64,000 bases of DNA from an uncultured Planctomycetaceae bacterium (lineage in GTDB: Bacteria; Planctomycetota; UBA8742; UBA2392; JABWBM01), in NCBI GenBank assembly GCA_964548115.1, contig CAZJPQ010000015.1:3923-67922 (forward strand). The letters are read 5' to 3'. A program made the translations under genes and the position numbers. Below are positions 19,826 to 29,570 of this stretch, one piece after another. Below the pieces are notes generated by a model. It worked only from the letters and a program-made list of their open reading frames with translations. It was not told the origin of the DNA and made no database searches. Each line of letters starts with the position of its first letter. Position 1 is the stretch's first letter.

Positions 19826-21319
19826 ATGCAGCTGCCTAAGGCACTCAAAATCGAGCAAGAAAAAATCGAAGCTCAGGCACAAGCCTTTGGGCTCGATTTT
19901 TTTGAAACTCGCTTTGTTATGGTTGAATGGGACCGCCTTAATGAAATTGCCGCTTATGGAGGATTCCCTACCCGCTATCCCCATTGGCGCTTTGGCATGC
20001 ATTACGAAAGTTTAATAAAAGGCCATGAATATGGGCTTTCAAAAATTTATGAGCTCGTGATTAACAATGACCCTTGCTATGCCTATTTAATGGCCAGCAA
20101 TGATTTTGTAATTCAAAAACTCGTAATGGCCCATGTCTATGCCCATTGCGACTTCTTCAAAAACAACTTTAGTTTTTCACAGACTCGTCGGAACATGATT
20201 GATGTCATGGCCAATCACGCAACTAAAATTCGACAATACTATGACAAATACGGACGAGAACGAGTCGAGCGTTTCATTGACACCTGTTTAAGTCTTGAAA
20301 ACCTGATTGATCCATACCTGCCCTTTCAGGCACCGATTACGAAAGAAGACTTGGTTAAAGAAAATGAAACAACCTATGTTGACATCAAAAGACTCGATGC
20401 TAAAGACTATATGCAAGACTATATTAACCCACCGAAAGTACTGGAATCACAGCGCCTGAAAGCTCTTGAGGAAAAACGCAAAAAAAAGCAAGCTATTCGA
20501 TTTCCAGAAAACCCCCAAAGAGATGTTTTACTCTTTCTGCTTTATTATGCTCCTTTGAGACGTTGGCAAAGAGAAGTTTTAGATATCATTCGAGAAGAAG
20601 CTTACTATTTTGCACCTCAAGGCATGACAAAGATTATGAATGAAGGTTGGGCCAGCTACTGGCATGCCCGCATTATGACGGAGAAATCATTGAAAGGCTC
20701 AGAAATCATTGACTTTGCCTCACTTCATTCTGCAGTCGTTCAACCAAATCCTCAATCCTTAAACCCTTATAAGCTTGGACTTGAGCTTTTTCGTACAATA
20801 GAAGAACGTTGGGACAAAGGACAACATGGGCCTGAATGGCAAGCCTGCGATGACATGACTCAACGCAAGCATTGGGATACAGGAGCAATGGAAGGACAGA
20901 GTAAGATTTTCGAAGTGCGAAAACTTTATAATGACATCACCTTTATTGAGGAATTCTTCGATCAAGAATTTTGCTCTCAAAGTCAATTATTCACTTATCA
21001 GTACAACCAGCACAAAGAAAACTATGAAATCAGCTCCCGTGAATTTAAAACAATCAAAACTCAAATTCTTTCAAGCTTAACAAACATGGGACAGCCAATC
21101 ATCCAGGTTGAAGATGGCAACTACCGAAACACTGGAGATCTTTTATTAGTCCACCAGCATACGGGTGTTGATTTAGATGCTCGCTATGTCAAAGCAACCA
21201 TGAGTAATCTTTATCAACTTTGGGATCGTCCAGTGCACCTTGCAAGCAAAGAAGAAAATCAGGAAATTCTTTATAGCTTTGATGGCACAGAGCTTCAAAA
21301 AACATCTCAACAAAAATAA
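19826..21319 (+). CDS. spoVR: SpoVR-family protein
   Basis: 497 aa. Conserved SpoVR N-terminal block EWDRLNEIAAYGGFPTRYPHWRFGMHYE and family-typical length. No prkA/yeaH-like genes adjacent. Confidence 0.75.
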   Translation: MQLPKALKIEQEKIEAQAQAFGLDFFETRFVMVEWDRLNEIAAYGGFPTRYPHWRFGMHYESLIKGHEYGLSKIYELVINNDPCYAYLMASNDFVIQKLVMAHVYAHCDFFKNNFSFSQTRRNMIDVMANHATKIRQYYDKYGRERVERFIDTCLSLENLIDPYLPFQAPITKEDLVKENETTYVDIKRLDAKDYMQDYINPPKVLESQRLKALEEKRKKKQAIRFPENPQRDVLLFLLYYAPLRRWQREVLDIIREEAYYFAPQGMTKIMNEGWASYWHARIMTEKSLKGSEIIDFASLHSAVVQPNPQSLNPYKLGLELFRTIEERWDKGQHGPEWQACDDMTQRKHWDTGAMEGQSKIFEVRKLYNDITFIEEFFDQEFCSQSQLFTYQYNQHKENYEISSREFKTIKTQILSSLTNMGQPIIQVEDGNYRNTGDLLLVHQHTGVDLDARYVKATMSNLYQLWDRPVHLASKEENQEILYSFDGTELQKTSQQK

Positions 21320-21386
21320 AAAATGCATCCATTGAACTTTAAATTATAAGCACAAAAACGTGTTTGAAACGCAAAAAGGATCAACT

Positions 21387-22091
21387 ATGGAACCTGATCT
21401 CTTTCGACTCAAAATAGTGGCTCTTGGTTTTATTGTACTTGCTCTATTTTTTCTGACGCTCTTCGCGCAACGTATTTTTCGCTGGCTTAAATCTCGCCGT
21501 TTAGAATGCTTTGAAACCTGTAAGCTATGCCCACTACGAGATGGAACAATTGGGCTATTTGCACTTATTCTATCCTTTGCAGCCCTTTCAAGCCTTATAA
21601 CCTTCTTTCAGCTTCAATATACTTACCAGGATCTCTCAGCAGATAAAGTCTTCCAGGAATTCGATATTGCCGCAAAAGAACCTTATGGCATGACAATTCT
21701 TGTTTATCCTTCAAGTGATACAGCTTATTCCCTTTCGCAACCGGATCAGGGGATGCTGCTTGTGAAAGGAGAAAGTCTGCAGGTCGAAGTTGAAGTCATT
21801 GAGTTTGGCTCTCTGCTTCATTTTTTCGGACAGCCAAAGCTTTTAAAGCTGCTCCATGTTTCGGGAGCAAGTACTTCGAAAACTTCTTCTCAGAAAGATT
21901 TTACTCCGCTTTATCTTGGACAAGAAACCCCTGAAGACATCTGGAGTTTCTTCTTGGGACGTAAAAGCTATCGGCTCCACCTTCAATCCCCAAAAAACCT
22001 GAAAGCTGGTGACACCCTGGAGCTCTACTCAGATCAGACTGGAAAACCTGCTCTGCGTAAAAATGCCTTAAAACAACACTTCAAAACTTAA
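21387..22091 (+). CDS. Hypothetical membrane protein (two N-terminal TM helices)
   Basis: Start chosen at the internal ATG (MEPDLF) preceded by AAAAAGGATC. TM helices IVALGFIVLALFFLTLF and IGLFALILSFAALSSLITFF. Confidence 0.45.
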   Translation: MEPDLFRLKIVALGFIVLALFFLTLFAQRIFRWLKSRRLECFETCKLCPLRDGTIGLFALILSFAALSSLITFFQLQYTYQDLSADKVFQEFDIAAKEPYGMTILVYPSSDTAYSLSQPDQGMLLVKGESLQVEVEVIEFGSLLHFFGQPKLLKLLHVSGASTSKTSSQKDFTPLYLGQETPEDIWSFFLGRKSYRLHLQSPKNLKAGDTLELYSDQTGKPALRKNALKQHFKT

Positions 22092-22159
22092 AAAAATGGT
22101 ATAGCTCTTTCAAAGTTCAAAAGTAGCATCAACGAAAACCAAATTTCGGGAAAAAGCCT

Positions 22160-22441
22160 ATGCCCAAGAAATCCAACTTCGCTTGCTTTTATGAGCGCTA
22201 TATGTTTGTCGTTGGAATCGGAGGCAATGTTTTTTTCTACATTCAAGCCATCAAGATCTTTCAAATGCAAAGTGCTAAAGATGTTTCTGGCCTGGCTTTT
22301 GGAGTTGCTTTGTGGGCTGTTGCAAGCTGGTTTGTGTATGGATTAGTGCTTAAAAATAAAGTAATCATCTTTTCCAATATTGCAGCTATTATTGGAGCAG
22401 CTCTTGTTCTTCTCGGCTGCTTACTTTACGGAACACGTTAA
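22160..22441 (+). CDS. SemiSWEET-like PQ-loop mini-transporter (3 TM, 93 aa)
   Basis: 93 aa, three predicted TM helices. FFYIQAIKIFQMQSAKDVSGLAFGVALWAVASWFVYGLVLKNKVIIF parallels the SemiSWEET/MtN3 pattern (PQ-loop...S..D.S......WFVYG). Confidence 0.6.
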   Translation: MPKKSNFACFYERYMFVVGIGGNVFFYIQAIKIFQMQSAKDVSGLAFGVALWAVASWFVYGLVLKNKVIIFSNIAAIIGAALVLLGCLLYGTR

Positions 22442-22560
22442 ATGACTTAGAATCACAGACCAAGAAACTCAAACGTTAGAGGAACCAAGAGCACACTATA
22501 TTTTCAAAAAATCTTGGGCACGCCCTCTCAAAAGAGAGCATAAATACAAAAGGATTTTGA

Positions 22561-23847
22561 ATGAAGTTAAGCAAGAGCAGACAAGCTTTCAAAAGAGCCC
22601 AGTCCGTTATCCCAGGCGGAGTAAACTCTCCAGTCCGATCTTTTTCAGCCGTCCAGGGCTCTCCCCCCTTCATCCAGAAAGGCAAAGGAGCCTTGCTTTG
22701 GGATATCGATGGCAATGAATATTTAGACTATGTTGGCAGTTGGGGGCCCCATATTTTAGGACATGCCCATCCAGCGATCACTGAAACCTTACAAAAATCC
22801 GTCGAGAGCTCTACGAGTTTTGGAGCTCCAACAGAACAAGAAAATGAGCTTGCAGAGCTTCTGGTCCAGGCCTTTCCAAGTATAGAACAAATACGACTTG
22901 TAAACTCAGGCACCGAAGCTTGCATGACTGCTATTCGGCTTGCCCGAGGGTATACAAAAAGAAAGCGTATTATTAAATTCGCTGGCTGTTATCATGGGCA
23001 TGTAGATGCATTACTCGTTTCTGCAGGTTCTGGAGCTTTGACTCATGGTCGTCCTTCCAGTGCAGGCATACCAGAAGAGCTTGCTGAGCTCACGCTTGTT
23101 CTGCCCTATAATGATTTAGAAGCCCTTGAAGCAAGCTTGCAGCATTATGGCAAAGAAACAGCAGCCTTAATCCTTGAACCAGTCGCAGGCAATATGGGCT
23201 GCGTTCGCCCGGAACGTGGCTACTTAGAAAGCATTCGATCTCTTTGCGACAAATATGGCTGTCTCCTTATTTTTGATGAAGTTATGACGGGGTTTCGAGT
23301 TGGCTGGGGAGGCGTTCAAAACATTTACGACATAAGACCTGACATTACAGTGCTTGGCAAGACTATCGGGGGTGGCATGCCCCTGGCAGGACTTGGTGCA
23401 AGACGAGAGATCATGGCAAGCCTGGCACCGGAAGGCCAAGTTTATCAGGCAGGGACCTTAAGTGGCAACCCTCTTGCTGTCCAGGCAGGTTTGACACAGC
23501 TTCAAACCATTCAAAACCAACCAGATTTTTATCAACGGCTTGAAATCTTAGGAGCACGCCTAGCTTTTGGACTTGAAGAGTGTATTCAGGAGAAAGGGGT
23601 CGATGCCCATGTGGCACGATTTGGAAGCATGCTGACCCTTTACTTCTGCCAGGCTTCTGTCAAAAGCCTTGATGATGCAAAAAAAGCAAACTTAGAGCAC
23701 TTTGCAAGGTTTCACCAAGGCATGCTGAAGTGTGGAATATACTTGCCACCAAGTCAGTTTGAATCATGGTTTATCTCTGCAGCCCATAGTTTTGAACATA
23801 TTGATGCTACCATTGAAAGTGCACGAAAAATTTTGAAACAATGGTAA
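22561..23847 (+). CDS. hemL: Glutamate-1-semialdehyde 2,1-aminomutase
   Basis: 428 aa class-III aminotransferase. SVIPGGVNSPVRSF start, the PLP lysine region LIFDEVMTGFRVGWGG...LGKTIGGGMP, HemL length. Confidence 0.9.
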   Translation: MKLSKSRQAFKRAQSVIPGGVNSPVRSFSAVQGSPPFIQKGKGALLWDIDGNEYLDYVGSWGPHILGHAHPAITETLQKSVESSTSFGAPTEQENELAELLVQAFPSIEQIRLVNSGTEACMTAIRLARGYTKRKRIIKFAGCYHGHVDALLVSAGSGALTHGRPSSAGIPEELAELTLVLPYNDLEALEASLQHYGKETAALILEPVAGNMGCVRPERGYLESIRSLCDKYGCLLIFDEVMTGFRVGWGGVQNIYDIRPDITVLGKTIGGGMPLAGLGARREIMASLAPEGQVYQAGTLSGNPLAVQAGLTQLQTIQNQPDFYQRLEILGARLAFGLEECIQEKGVDAHVARFGSMLTLYFCQASVKSLDDAKKANLEHFARFHQGMLKCGIYLPPSQFESWFISAAHSFEHIDATIESARKILKQW

Positions 23848-23918
23848 AAGAAAAGGCAAAAAGACACACCTCAACTTAAAAATACTTAGATTCAGAATAG
23901 CAAAGGCAGTTTTAAATT

Positions 23919-24695
23919 GTGGCAATTGCATTAATTTCAGATTTACATGCGAATATTGAAGCGCTTGAAGCCGTGCTCAAAGATATCGAAGAGCACGGCG
24001 TTTCGACTATTTACTGCCTTGGAGATATTATTGATTATGGCCCGAATCCTCGAGAAGTCCTTAATCTTGTACTTGAAAAACAGTTTCGACTGAACATCCT
24101 CGGAAACCACGAAGAAGCTTTGATGATGGTTGCAGAAGACTTTAATGACAGAGCTATGCGAAGTGTACAATGGACAAGGGACGAATTAAGTCTTCCCTCC
24201 TTACCACGAGAACAGCGCCACGCCTACTGGAACTTTCTTGACAGTTTACGAAAAGTGCGCTTTGCATCCCAAAAAGACAAAATGTTTCTGCATGGCTCAC
24301 CTCGCGAGCCAACTCGAGATTATGTTTTTCCTAAAGATGTTAAAAACCAAAACAAAATGAAGCAGATTTTCTCCGGCTTTCAAGAAGGGATCCGTTTTGT
24401 TTTTTGTGGCCATAGCCATATTCCAGGGGTCTACACCGATGCATTTCAGTACGCTCACCCTAGTCAAATTAAGGCTCAAAAGGTAAGGCTTGATAAGTTT
24501 GATCGGCTTTTAATTAACATTGGCTCAGTGGGGCAACCTCGTGACGGTGACAAACGGGCGAGCTATGCCATTCTTGACGATAGCTACCTCCTCTTTCGGC
24601 GTGTTCCTTACGACTACCAAAAAACTGTAGATAAACTTCGCCAGTATAAAGAACTTCCTCGATTCTTAGCAGAGCGCCTACTGATTGGCAAATAG
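23919..24695 (+). CDS. Calcineurin-like metallophosphoesterase (GTG start)
   Basis: Metallophosphatase motifs DLHAN, GDIIDYGP, GNHE, GHSHIP. The initiating codon on the DNA is GTG (GTG GCA ATT GCA...). Confidence 0.7.
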   Translation: MAIALISDLHANIEALEAVLKDIEEHGVSTIYCLGDIIDYGPNPREVLNLVLEKQFRLNILGNHEEALMMVAEDFNDRAMRSVQWTRDELSLPSLPREQRHAYWNFLDSLRKVRFASQKDKMFLHGSPREPTRDYVFPKDVKNQNKMKQIFSGFQEGIRFVFCGHSHIPGVYTDAFQYAHPSQIKAQKVRLDKFDRLLINIGSVGQPRDGDKRASYAILDDSYLLFRRVPYDYQKTVDKLRQYKELPRFLAERLLIGK

Positions 24696-24879
24696 TACCA
24701 GACTTATCGAACATCCTCTTGTATCGTTCAATTGTTGTTCATTGACCTTGAGACAAAAGCTTTTAGTACAAATAAGCTATCCGATAAAAGCTTGATTTTA
24801 ACCTTCAGTATTTCTAGAATGAAGGTGGTATTAAAGAGGGGGAGGAATAGAACAAAACGCAAGGCAATCGAGGTTACCT

Positions 24880-25242
24880 ATGGCACTTCAAAAAATCGTC
24901 GGTAGTACAGCTTTCGCTCAAAGCATTAGTCCAACGAATAATCCTGCTCGACGTGTAGCCCAGAATAAAGCAAGTCTTTTTTCAAATCTTGCGAAAGGAA
25001 GCGATGCTGTGGCAAATGGCATCGTTGCATCTTCACTCAAAGCCAATAAACAAAGCCTTAATCTTGCGCTGGCTCTCATAAGAAGTCGCCTTAATAACGA
25101 ATCAACCATCCCAAATATGCTGCGGAACAATGCTAAAAACCCTGAAGCTGCCCGCTTTAATCTTGAAACTCCTCGAAAGCAGCTCTTTCGAATTTTCCAA
25201 CAAGACATTCAAGCTTCTATTGGCCAAAAAGCTTCCTCTTAG
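24880..25242 (+). CDS. Hypothetical protein (120 aa) immediately upstream of the TonB-system cluster
   Basis: GAGG 8 nt upstream of the ATG. No recognisable motifs. Followed by an imperfect inverted repeat (AAGAACGA...TCGTTCT). Confidence 0.35.
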   Translation: MALQKIVGSTAFAQSISPTNNPARRVAQNKASLFSNLAKGSDAVANGIVASSLKANKQSLNLALALIRSRLNNESTIPNMLRNNAKNPEAARFNLETPRKQLFRIFQQDIQASIGQKASS

Positions 25243-25471
25243 GAAGAACGACAACTTGTAACTCTCTTCATTTCAATTTTTTCGTTCTCCCCTGAACGAT
25301 CCATACAATAAAGGCAAAACCTTGCTTGAAGGGTCTTGTCTATTCAACACATTTCTATTGACGATCTCAATTCTAATTACCAACATAGATATAAATGCAA
25401 ATCACAAGCAAAGCTTTTCTTGCCTTCAAAGATTTATACCACTTACAAAAATAAAAAAGTCGTGTGCTTTT

Positions 25472-26317
25472 ATGAAATCCTTCACTCCCATTTCCTTTTT
25501 TCTTTTCTGCCTCATTTATGCTACTTCTTATACTACCCACGCCCAGACCGAAGCCCCTAAAAATGAGGACACTCAACTTGCCTCCCAAATAGCAGAAAAA
25601 GTTGCAGAACTCCATGCCCTTCGCCAAGAACGCATTGAACTTCAAAAAAGCTTCGGAGATAAAATCGAACAAACCCAAGAGCGGATCAACCAACTTCAAG
25701 CTGACCGTGAAAAAATTACCGAAAGAGTCCAACACAAGCAGCAAAAGCTTGCCCATGAACAAAAGCTCCTTGATGAACACAGTCTTGAACAAGAAACCCT
25801 TGAAAACATCCTCTCTGAGAGTGTCCCCAGAGCTCTGCAGCTTGCCTTAGGTATGCAGCAAAAAATCAAAAAAGGGATTCCCTCTGAAAAAAAAGCCCGT
25901 AGCAGCCGCATAGCTCATATCATTGGGAACTTAAGCAAGAGTCACGATATACAGCTCCAAGCCCAAGGGTTGATCGAGCTATGGAACTTTGCCGAAGAAG
26001 AACTTCAAAAAGCCCGAGCTGTTGAACTTTCAAATTCCCCCTATGTAATCGAAGATCAAAATCGTCAAATACACGCCTACCACATTCGCTTTGGTCTCGT
26101 AAACCAGGCAATGCTATCTGAGGATGGCGAAGAGAGCGGTCTTGTAACCAGAAAAGGTTTCAACTTTGCACTTAAGGACTCCCAAACGAAGCAACTTCAC
26201 GATATCTTGAACCTGCTTCAGAAACGACGGATTCCAGAACTTCTCTTCGTCCCTTTTTCACAAGACCTTCTTACTCCTCCTGGCCATGAACTTCTCCCCC
26301 AGGAGGACACCCCATGA
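25472..26317 (+). CDS. Secreted coiled-coil periplasmic protein, TtpB-like accessory component of a TonB2-type system
   Basis: Start set at the internal ATG giving a signal peptide (MKSFTPISFFLFCLIYATSYTTHAQ). Q/E/K-rich coiled coil. Stop overlaps the next gene start (ATGA at 26314). Confidence 0.5.
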   Translation: MKSFTPISFFLFCLIYATSYTTHAQTEAPKNEDTQLASQIAEKVAELHALRQERIELQKSFGDKIEQTQERINQLQADREKITERVQHKQQKLAHEQKLLDEHSLEQETLENILSESVPRALQLALGMQQKIKKGIPSEKKARSSRIAHIIGNLSKSHDIQLQAQGLIELWNFAEEELQKARAVELSNSPYVIEDQNRQIHAYHIRFGLVNQAMLSEDGEESGLVTRKGFNFALKDSQTKQLHDILNLLQKRRIPELLFVPFSQDLLTPPGHELLPQEDTP

Positions 26318-27795
26318 ATTTTGTTTCTCAACACTTGAAAATGCAACGACAATTATGGACACCTTATTTTCTGTTGATATGCTTCTTCACATACTTCACC
26401 TTGAGCACTCCTCTCTTTGCACAAGACGATACTTTCAATCAAGAAGAGGCTCGCAAGCAACTTGAAGTTCTGAATCAAGAAATCGAAGCAGAAAAACAAC
26501 ATCTCCAAAAAATAAAGGATACCCGGAAAGCAGAACTCAAAAAACGAGAAGCTGAACGCAAAGAACTTGCAACTCAAATATTCGAACTGACTTTGGAAGA
26601 ACAAACCCTCCAAAAAAAAAGCCAGGCGCTTCAAGAACAGCATCAGACACTTCAAGAGAAATCTACTCATCCTAAAACAACCTTGCAAAAGCTGATCCAA
26701 GCTTCAAGGACTTTTTCTGAACAGCTCCAGATCCAAATACAAGAAATTCCCTCTGATCAATCTCTTCACCAAAAGACTCTTCTGGCTCTCGAAAATCTGA
26801 AAGCAGAATCAGAAGAAGCTGATCCCTCAAAAATTCTTCTTGGCTTAGAAAATCTTACAAGTGCTCTGGAGCTGGCATATCAAAGTGCGACCAGCGTTCG
26901 GCTCACAAACCAAGAGATTCGCACAGCCGGAGGACTCGTTGAAAAAGTACAGCTTCTCTCCATAGGTCATGTTGGATTTATCTACCAAACCCTTCAGGAT
27001 AAACGCATAGGTCTGGCTCTTCATAGTCCACTCGATGCTTCTGGTTTCCGCTGGACAGAAAAACTTTCATCAGACCTTATAGAAAACATCAAAAACTCCA
27101 TAGAGAGATTTTCTACTGGGCAAAATACCGCCCTTGCAATGGATGTTACAGGGAACTTGCGCCCTGAATCACTTTCATTAGACAAAAATCTTATGGGCTA
27201 CTTTTTAGATGGTGGTCCCTTGATGTACCCCCTTCTTCTTATTGCACTACTTGCATTTCTTTTGATAAGTGAAAGAGTGTGGGTTCTTTTCATATTCAAT
27301 ACTCTTCATTTTCGTACTTTGGAGCATGTTCTTAAAGCATGTCAGGATAAGGATTGGAAGTCTGCAGAATTACAACTTCAAAAAAGCCGCGGGCTGCCCT
27401 CAAGAATTCTTGCAAGTTGTATCAACAATCGAGACAAGGATCTCCAAACAACAGAAAATATCATACAAGAAAAGTTCTTTGCTGAACTGCCGAAACTGCG
27501 TCGTTTCCTGAATGGTCTTGGAATTCTTGCAATGGTTTCACCACTTCTTGGATTACTTGGAACGGTCACAGGAATTATTGATACCTTTAGCACTATTCAA
27601 ACCTCTGGTGAAACAAACTCGGCTTTAATGGGGCGTGGAATTTCTGAAGCCTTGATAACAACTGCTACAGGATTAACCATTGCAATACCAATTCTCTTAT
27701 TACGAGCATTTTTACGAGGGCGTATAGACAAACTTGTTAGCAATACTGAAAGATACGCCTCCGCATTGCTTAATACTTTCGCCCATAAGGAATAG
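26314..27795 (+). CDS. TtpC-like protein: long N-terminal periplasmic coiled-coil domain fused to a C-terminal MotA/TolQ/ExbB proton-channel domain
   Basis: 493 aa. Signal/TM at the N-terminus, ~300-aa coiled coil, then three TM helices carrying the ExbB/TolQ signature (LGILAMVSPLLGLLGTVTGIIDTF...GISEALITTATGLTIAIPILL). Confidence 0.7.
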   Translation: MNFVSQHLKMQRQLWTPYFLLICFFTYFTLSTPLFAQDDTFNQEEARKQLEVLNQEIEAEKQHLQKIKDTRKAELKKREAERKELATQIFELTLEEQTLQKKSQALQEQHQTLQEKSTHPKTTLQKLIQASRTFSEQLQIQIQEIPSDQSLHQKTLLALENLKAESEEADPSKILLGLENLTSALELAYQSATSVRLTNQEIRTAGGLVEKVQLLSIGHVGFIYQTLQDKRIGLALHSPLDASGFRWTEKLSSDLIENIKNSIERFSTGQNTALAMDVTGNLRPESLSLDKNLMGYFLDGGPLMYPLLLIALLAFLLISERVWVLFIFNTLHFRTLEHVLKACQDKDWKSAELQLQKSRGLPSRILASCINNRDKDLQTTENIIQEKFFAELPKLRRFLNGLGILAMVSPLLGLLGTVTGIIDTFSTIQTSGETNSALMGRGISEALITTATGLTIAIPILLLRAFLRGRIDKLVSNTERYASALLNTFAHKE

Positions 27796-27800
27796 ATCTC

Positions 27801-28409
27801 ATGGAAACCCTCGAACAAGGCGGTTGGATCCTGGGAGCTATTTTACTCCTTTCGACTCTTGTTTGGGGGGTCATTATCTATCGTTGGCTAGTCCTGCGAC
27901 ATGAAATAGCAAAAAACACAACTCAAGCCAACCTTCTCTTAAACAATATCCGTAAAAATAAGATTCAACGACATACTCTGAATACAAAAGCTCCCCGTAT
28001 TGTAGACCAACTCATTTTACTCTCATTAACCCACAAAGGACAAATATCAGCTTTACAAAAACGCCAGGAATTACTCTTTAAAAACGAGTTCATACGCCTT
28101 CAGACTCCTCTAAAACTCCTCAGTGCTTGCGTTGCTGTCATGCCTTTACTGGGTTTACTTGGAACAATCCTTGGCATACTCAAAACATTCCATACTCTGG
28201 CTCTTCCTGGACAAGAAAATACGAACGATTTTATTTCCATAGGAATTTCACAAGCACTCATCACAACACAGGCTGGCTTATTAGCAGCTCTTCCCGTCCT
28301 CATAGCGATTGGAATCCTGCGCCTGCATATACGTAAATATAAAGCAAGAATTCATGTGTTTATAAAAAATATAAATATCGTAGTGAGCGAAAGACAGAAA
28401 CATGTTTAG
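27801..28409 (+). CDS. exbB: Biopolymer transport protein ExbB/TolQ
   Basis: 202 aa, three TM helices. MotA/TolQ/ExbB signature MPLLGLLGTILGILKTFHTLA...GISQALITTQAGLLAALPVL. Confidence 0.85.
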   Translation: METLEQGGWILGAILLLSTLVWGVIIYRWLVLRHEIAKNTTQANLLLNNIRKNKIQRHTLNTKAPRIVDQLILLSLTHKGQISALQKRQELLFKNEFIRLQTPLKLLSACVAVMPLLGLLGTILGILKTFHTLALPGQENTNDFISIGISQALITTQAGLLAALPVLIAIGILRLHIRKYKARIHVFIKNINIVVSERQKHV

Positions 28410-28824
28410 GTCGGTTCAGGAACAGCTCGGAGCAGAAGAAGAAGTAAGCATTGATATTGCTCCGCTCATTGACGTGGTGTTCATCCTTTTAATTTTCTTT
28501 CTTGTTACAGCAACTTTCATGAATGATTCTGGGATTCCATTAACAAGAGCCGAAGCAAGAAACACAGAACCCCTACCCACGGAAAGTCTTCGCATCAATA
28601 TTAGCACAAGCGAATCAATATACATTAAGGGCAAAAAGGTCTCTCTCTCTGATATTCCCCAATATGTCCGAAACTTCAACACAGGAAAAGAGCGAGCAAA
28701 TATTATTATCGTTGCCGATGAAAATGTATCGGCAAAAAAACTCATATCTGTTATGGACGAAATAAGAAGCGCTGGCAGCCATAATATTGCTCTTGCAACA
28801 CGCAAACCTTCGAATGAGAAGTGA
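28402..28824 (+). CDS. exbD: Biopolymer transport protein ExbD/TolR
   Basis: 140 aa. Single N-terminal TM with the ExbD motif IDIAPLIDVVFILLIFFLVTATF. Overlaps exbB by 8 nt. Confidence 0.85.
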   Translation: MFRSVQEQLGAEEEVSIDIAPLIDVVFILLIFFLVTATFMNDSGIPLTRAEARNTEPLPTESLRINISTSESIYIKGKKVSLSDIPQYVRNFNTGKERANIIIVADENVSAKKLISVMDEIRSAGSHNIALATRKPSNEK

Positions 28825-28825
28825 G

Positions 28826-29512
28826 ATGAAAAAATCGCAATCAAAAATACGTTTTTTTTTCTACCTTAGTCTAGCGATAACCTTTTCTGGAGGTCTCAAT
28901 ATCCTGCTTTTGAAAGGACTTGAATATTTAAACCGAACCCCTGTTGTAGAAAGCGAGCGCATACGAGACAACAACTCTAGAGAACCAATCTTGCTGGAAA
29001 ACACTCAACTTGTAAAAATAAAAAAAGCGCTGACGAAAACAAAGGAACAAGCCCCTCTGCCTCAATTTGCCCCCTTAGAATTAACCATTGACCCGTCATT
29101 GCCTTCAGACGAAAAATCGCCTTTAGCAATAGAACTTCCTGCTTTAAAAAAGCTTGATATTCCTCTTTCTCAGTATTCTTGGAAAACTCAGATCCCTCCC
29201 CCATCTCATCCACAAAGTACGAACGAAGAAAACAACAATGCTCCTCTTCAAGAATTGTTTTCTCCTCATCCAGACTATCCCGAAAGGGCTGAAAAAAGAG
29301 GTTTTGAAGGAGTTGTTAAAATTAAAATATTTGTTAGTGCCCAGGGCTTTGTTGAAAAAATAGAGGTAATTTCAAATACAGGCAAAGATATTCTTGTCGA
29401 TGCAGTACTTGAAAAAGTTAAACAATGGCGTTTTCATCCGGCGAAACGTCAGGGAAAAGCAATTCCTTCTTCAACTGTAAAACAATTTCGTTTCGTGCTT
29501 GAAGAAGAATAA
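28826..29512 (+). CDS. tonB: Energy transducer TonB
   Basis: N-terminal TM anchor (IRFFFYLSLAITFSGGLNILLL), P/S-rich linker, C-terminal TonB domain (YPERAEKRGFEGVVKIKIFVSAQGFVEKIEV...WRFHPAKRQGKAIPSSTVKQFRFVLE). Start chosen at the ATG just after the exbD stop. ATGs at 28787 and 28814 are alternatives. Confidence 0.75.
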   Translation: MKKSQSKIRFFFYLSLAITFSGGLNILLLKGLEYLNRTPVVESERIRDNNSREPILLENTQLVKIKKALTKTKEQAPLPQFAPLELTIDPSLPSDEKSPLAIELPALKKLDIPLSQYSWKTQIPPPSHPQSTNEENNNAPLQELFSPHPDYPERAEKRGFEGVVKIKIFVSAQGFVEKIEVISNTGKDILVDAVLEKVKQWRFHPAKRQGKAIPSSTVKQFRFVLEEE

Positions 29513-29570
29513 CCCTAGATATACTAAGAGAACAAAACAACATCACGTTTGAGTGCTGGGTTTCTTGGGT

